Shown here piece after piece: positions 61,121 through 64,000 of a DNA stretch of 64,000 bases. The stretch lies in assembly GCA_963716725.1 (NCBI GenBank), contig CAVQUB010000002.1, forward strand, positions 96,001-160,000, read 5' to 3'. Each line of letters opens with the position of its first letter. Position 1 is the first letter of the stretch. The notes beneath the pieces were generated by a model. That model did no database searches. It was given only the letters and a program-made list of their open reading frames with translations, and was not told the DNA's origin. The position numbers and the translations under genes were made by a program. The DNA is from an uncultured delta proteobacterium. Lineage in GTDB: Bacteria; Myxococcota_A; Polyangia; Polyangiales; Polyangiaceae.

Positions 61121-61702
61121 CTAGTCGGGGGTCGCCTCGGGGTCCACTGGACGGTGGCTCCCTCGCCCACCCACATTGTCCGACTCCGCCAGCAATCGCT
61201 CCAAAATCCGGCCCAGACGGTCCCACCCGTCCCGGGCCCGACGCCCCCGTTGCTCCGCCAACCGGGCCAGAATCAGGCACATCGCCGCGCCCAGCCCTCC
61301 AGCCGCCATGGGCGGCAGCGCCCCCGCCAGGGCCGACGCGCCGTCGTCGGGCAGGCGACGCCCGAGCTCAACCAAAGCCAGCAGAGCCCCGCACGCAAGC
61401 GCGACGCGGGTCGCGCTCTTCGGGACCTCTCGGCTCACATCGAGTTCCCGCGCCACGTCACCGAGCGCCTCGTTCAAGGTGGCCACCGCGGCCTGGCGGC
61501 TCGGCGCCGAGAGCACCTCCGCCGCCGTGCGAGCGAGGGGGCCGTCGGGAGGCAGCTTTGCCAAGAGCCGCTCACGACTCGCCCGGTCCAACCCGTCACT
61601 CGCGACTGCACCGCGTTCGATCAGCGTCACCAGCGCGAGGCGCTTCGCGCTCAGCCAAACGCACGCGGCGGCCACGACGACGGCGAGCGCGAGGGCGACC
61701 AC
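61121..61702 (-). CDS. Three-TM membrane protein, possible degenerate MotA/TolQ/ExbB
   Basis: N-terminal TM, helical cytoplasmic region, two C-terminal hydrophobic helices; inside the Glt-like cluster. Confidence 0.55.
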   Translation of the reverse strand: MVALALAVVVAAACVWLSAKRLALVTLIERGAVASDGLDRASRERLLAKLPPDGPLARTAAEVLSAPSRQAAVATLNEALGDVARELDVSREVPKSATRVALACGALLALVELGRRLPDDGASALAGALPPMAAGGLGAAMCLILARLAEQRGRRARDGWDRLGRILERLLAESDNVGGRGSHRPVDPEATPD

Positions 61703-61729
61703 GATGCCAAAAACCGGGTCGAATCCAGC

Positions 61730-61966
61730 TCAAAAAGGATCTTGGTAGAGCGCCTTTTCGATCCGGTGCACGAAGGGCTGTCGCAACTCCGCCAGGGTGA
61801 GCTTCGGCTGGATGCGGCTGACGTCGACGGCGGCGATGGGCTTTTGAACCCGGCCGACGATGGTGACCTCGCTGATGGTGACCACTCGGCTCTTGCCCTG
61901 AGCAAGCGCGAGCCCAGGCACCGCGAGCAGCGCGACCACGACTCCGATCTGAATCAGCGTCTTCAT
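61730..61966 (-). CDS. GltF/CglF-like small exported protein
   Basis: Signal peptide ALA-Q; VTIVGRVQKP..R.PF..I...DPF pattern; position after the TPR lipoprotein. Confidence 0.7.
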   Translation of the reverse strand: MKTLIQIGVVVALLAVPGLALAQGKSRVVTISEVTIVGRVQKPIAAVDVSRIQPKLTLAELRQPFVHRIEKALYQDPF

Positions 61967-63363
61967 TTCTTCTCTCCGGCAGCCGGCAGTTTCCCAGTCG
62001 AGGCGGGCGCTTTGGCTCCGCCGGCAGCGGGGGCCGCCGGGGCCGCGGGCGCGGCGGGCTTCGGCGCGGGCTTGCTCTTGGCCTTCTCGGCCTCCTCGAG
62101 CAGCGCCTTCTTGGTCTTGGCTCGGGTGATGAGCTCGTCCGTATCGTCGCGCTCGCCCGCTTTCCCCTTGGGCTTCATCTTCTTGTAGAGCTCGAGCTCG
62201 GTGATCGCCTTGTCGACAGAGGCCTTGGGCGCAACCCCGGGCAGGTTGTCGCTGAACAGATAGAGAAGCCCGAGGTTGTAGTGAACCTGAGCCAACGAGC
62301 TGTCCTTGCTCGCGACCCACTCGAGCTCTTTCTTCGCCTGCTCCGCCTTACCGAGCAGCCGGTAGGCGTCGCCCAGGTTCAGGCGAGCGAGCACGTGGTT
62401 CTTGTCGTACTTGAGCGCGCCCTCCAGCAAATTCGCGGCCTCGAACGCGTTGCCCGCCTCGAGCACGTAGCTGGCGAGCTGGATCCGCGCCTCCACCAAG
62501 TCGGGACGCGTCTCCACGGCGCGCTTGAAGTCGTCGATGGCGCCGGCCTTGTTGTTTTGCTCGCGGTAGATCAGGCCCCGGAGCAGACGCGCCTCGGCGT
62601 TGTTCTTGTCACGCGCCGGGTTCTCCTCGCCGTGACCGTCCAAAATGGCCTTCAGCGTGTAGAGCGCGAGATCGAGTCGACGCTTGCGGTAGTGGTCGCG
62701 CGCGATGGTCACCATCGCTGGCCGGTAGTCCGGGTTCTTCTTGAGCGCCTCTTTCGCGAGCTGCTGCGCCTCGGTCGAATCGCCCTGAATCGACTTCACT
62801 TCGGCCAGCGCCGCCACCACCGCCGCGCTCTTGGGCATCTTCGAGATCTTGCCGTTCAGCAGCGTCTCCGCCTCGCTCGCCTTGCCGTCGCGAGCCAAGA
62901 GCACCGCCAGCGCGTAGATCGCGGGCTCGTAGTCGGAGACGACCGAGATCGCGCTCTTGTAGGCGGAGGCCGCGCCACTCGATTCGTTCAGGCGCTCCTT
63001 CACGACACCGAGGGAGTAAAACGCTTGATAGGCCTGAGCGTCCGCTTCCGCGGCTTTGGTGAACTGCTCACGCGCCGACGCCAGATCTCCCGCCTTGAAA
63101 GCGTCCATGCCGGCCGAGTAGGCCTGGGCCGCCGACGCGTTCATCTTCGGCCGGTTGGCGCCCGACTCGCCGCTGGACGGCGCGTCGGTCACCGCGAACT
63201 GCTGGCCCTGGGGCGAGTAGACCGCGCCCGGCCCGCCATGAGCGGACTGATCGACCTTGCCCACGCCACCGGGGTACTTCGCGTCGGTCTTGTCCTTGCC
63301 GCCGCAGGCGACGCTGCCGAGCGCCAGCATCAGGACCAGGATCGAGCCGATACGACGTTTCAT
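61963..63363 (-). CDS. GltE-like TPR lipoprotein
   Basis: Lipobox SVAC, multiple TPRs (FYSLGV, LNLGDAY, HYNLGLLY). Confidence 0.82.
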   Translation of the reverse strand: MKRRIGSILVLMLALGSVACGGKDKTDAKYPGGVGKVDQSAHGGPGAVYSPQGQQFAVTDAPSSGESGANRPKMNASAAQAYSAGMDAFKAGDLASAREQFTKAAEADAQAYQAFYSLGVVKERLNESSGAASAYKSAISVVSDYEPAIYALAVLLARDGKASEAETLLNGKISKMPKSAAVVAALAEVKSIQGDSTEAQQLAKEALKKNPDYRPAMVTIARDHYRKRRLDLALYTLKAILDGHGEENPARDKNNAEARLLRGLIYREQNNKAGAIDDFKRAVETRPDLVEARIQLASYVLEAGNAFEAANLLEGALKYDKNHVLARLNLGDAYRLLGKAEQAKKELEWVASKDSSLAQVHYNLGLLYLFSDNLPGVAPKASVDKAITELELYKKMKPKGKAGERDDTDELITRAKTKKALLEEAEKAKSKPAPKPAAPAAPAAPAAGGAKAPASTGKLPAAGEKK

Positions 63364-63377
63364 GCTTCGCTCCTGAT

Positions 63378-64000
63378 TCATTGGGAAAGCACCGGCAGCG
63401 GTCGCGGCATGCCTTCGGCCTCGGGCCGCGTGACCTGCCCCGGGCGCATCTTGAGGAACATGCCCTCGGTGTAGTTGAGGTCCTTCACCTTGGAAGAGAA
63501 CTGCTTCATCTTGGCCTCACCGATCACGTCGGTGAAGAACGCCAGGCGTCGGATGGCGTGGATCACACCGGGGTGCGAGACGTTGTAGCGCCGCGAGAGC
63601 ATGATGGCGTTGCCGTAGCGGTCGACCATGATCTCGTCGGCGCCGTTGATTTCCTTGTCACGCGCGTCGCGCCAGGCCTGCTGCACCTTGACGCGGATGG
63701 CGTCGACCTTCTCTTGCAGGTCGGGGTTGTCGCTCTCCTCGGCCTTCTTGAGCATCGCCTCTTGCTTCTTGTCGAACATCTGAAGCTCGGGCGGACGCAC
63801 GTTGTACAGACCCGTGCGCAGCGAATCGTAGAGCGTGCCTTGCCGTGAGATGGCCACCGTCGAGTATTCGGGGGAGACGTACTTGTCGATGATGGCTTGG
63901 AGTTTGTCGTACCACTGCTTGGCGACGCCGGCCTGCTTGCGGTAGGCCTCGATCACCTGAACCGGGGTGCCCTTGAAGCGGTGGTGGCCCGACTCGTAGT
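63378..64000 (-). CDS. C-terminal part of a GltD/AgmU-like large TPR protein (partial)
   Basis: Open to the window edge; helical, SPEYSTVAISRQG..Y; gene order D-E-F-G. Confidence 0.6.
   Translation of the reverse strand, partial: YESGHHRFKGTPVQVIEAYRKQAGVAKQWYDKLQAIIDKYVSPEYSTVAISRQGTLYDSLRTGLYNVRPPELQMFDKKQEAMLKKAEESDNPDLQEKVDAIRVKVQQAWRDARDKEINGADEIMVDRYGNAIMLSRRYNVSHPGVIHAIRRLAFFTDVIGEAKMKQFSSKVKDLNYTEGMFLKMRPGQVTRPEAEGMPRPLPVLSQ

Overview
GC-rich chromosomal segment of a myxobacterium, probably Polyangiales/Polyangiaceae-like, inferred from gene content (RomX, a Glt gliding-type cluster, many Cys- and Gly-rich lipoproteins). Most of it is core genome: a SWIM-SNF2 helicase, mreBCD-mrdA-rodA, lgt, pepP, two pseudouridine synthases, lepA, an M16 peptidase pair, a phosphohexomutase, rlmN, mazG, cysK, ygfZ, moxR and maf. 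Four things stand out. (i) A decayed GxxExxY (PD-(D/E)xK-like) gene is enclosed by two nested pairs of inverted repeats and looks like a small mobile cassette. (ii) A minimal type II PKS/FAS-like operon consists of one ACP and two KS-CLF fusion proteins. (iii) A Glt-like cluster (gltD/E/F/G-like plus a possible degenerate MotA/TolQ-like gene) lies directly upstream of a short OPX + beta-barrel polysaccharide exit module. (iv) A class II amidotransferase homologue lacks its N-terminal Cys. Several single-base frameshifts (mreB, mreC, narK, a Zn-binding protein, one KS) look like consensus or polishing errors. No tRNA, rRNA or CRISPR array was seen. All family calls come from motif recognition, not database searches.
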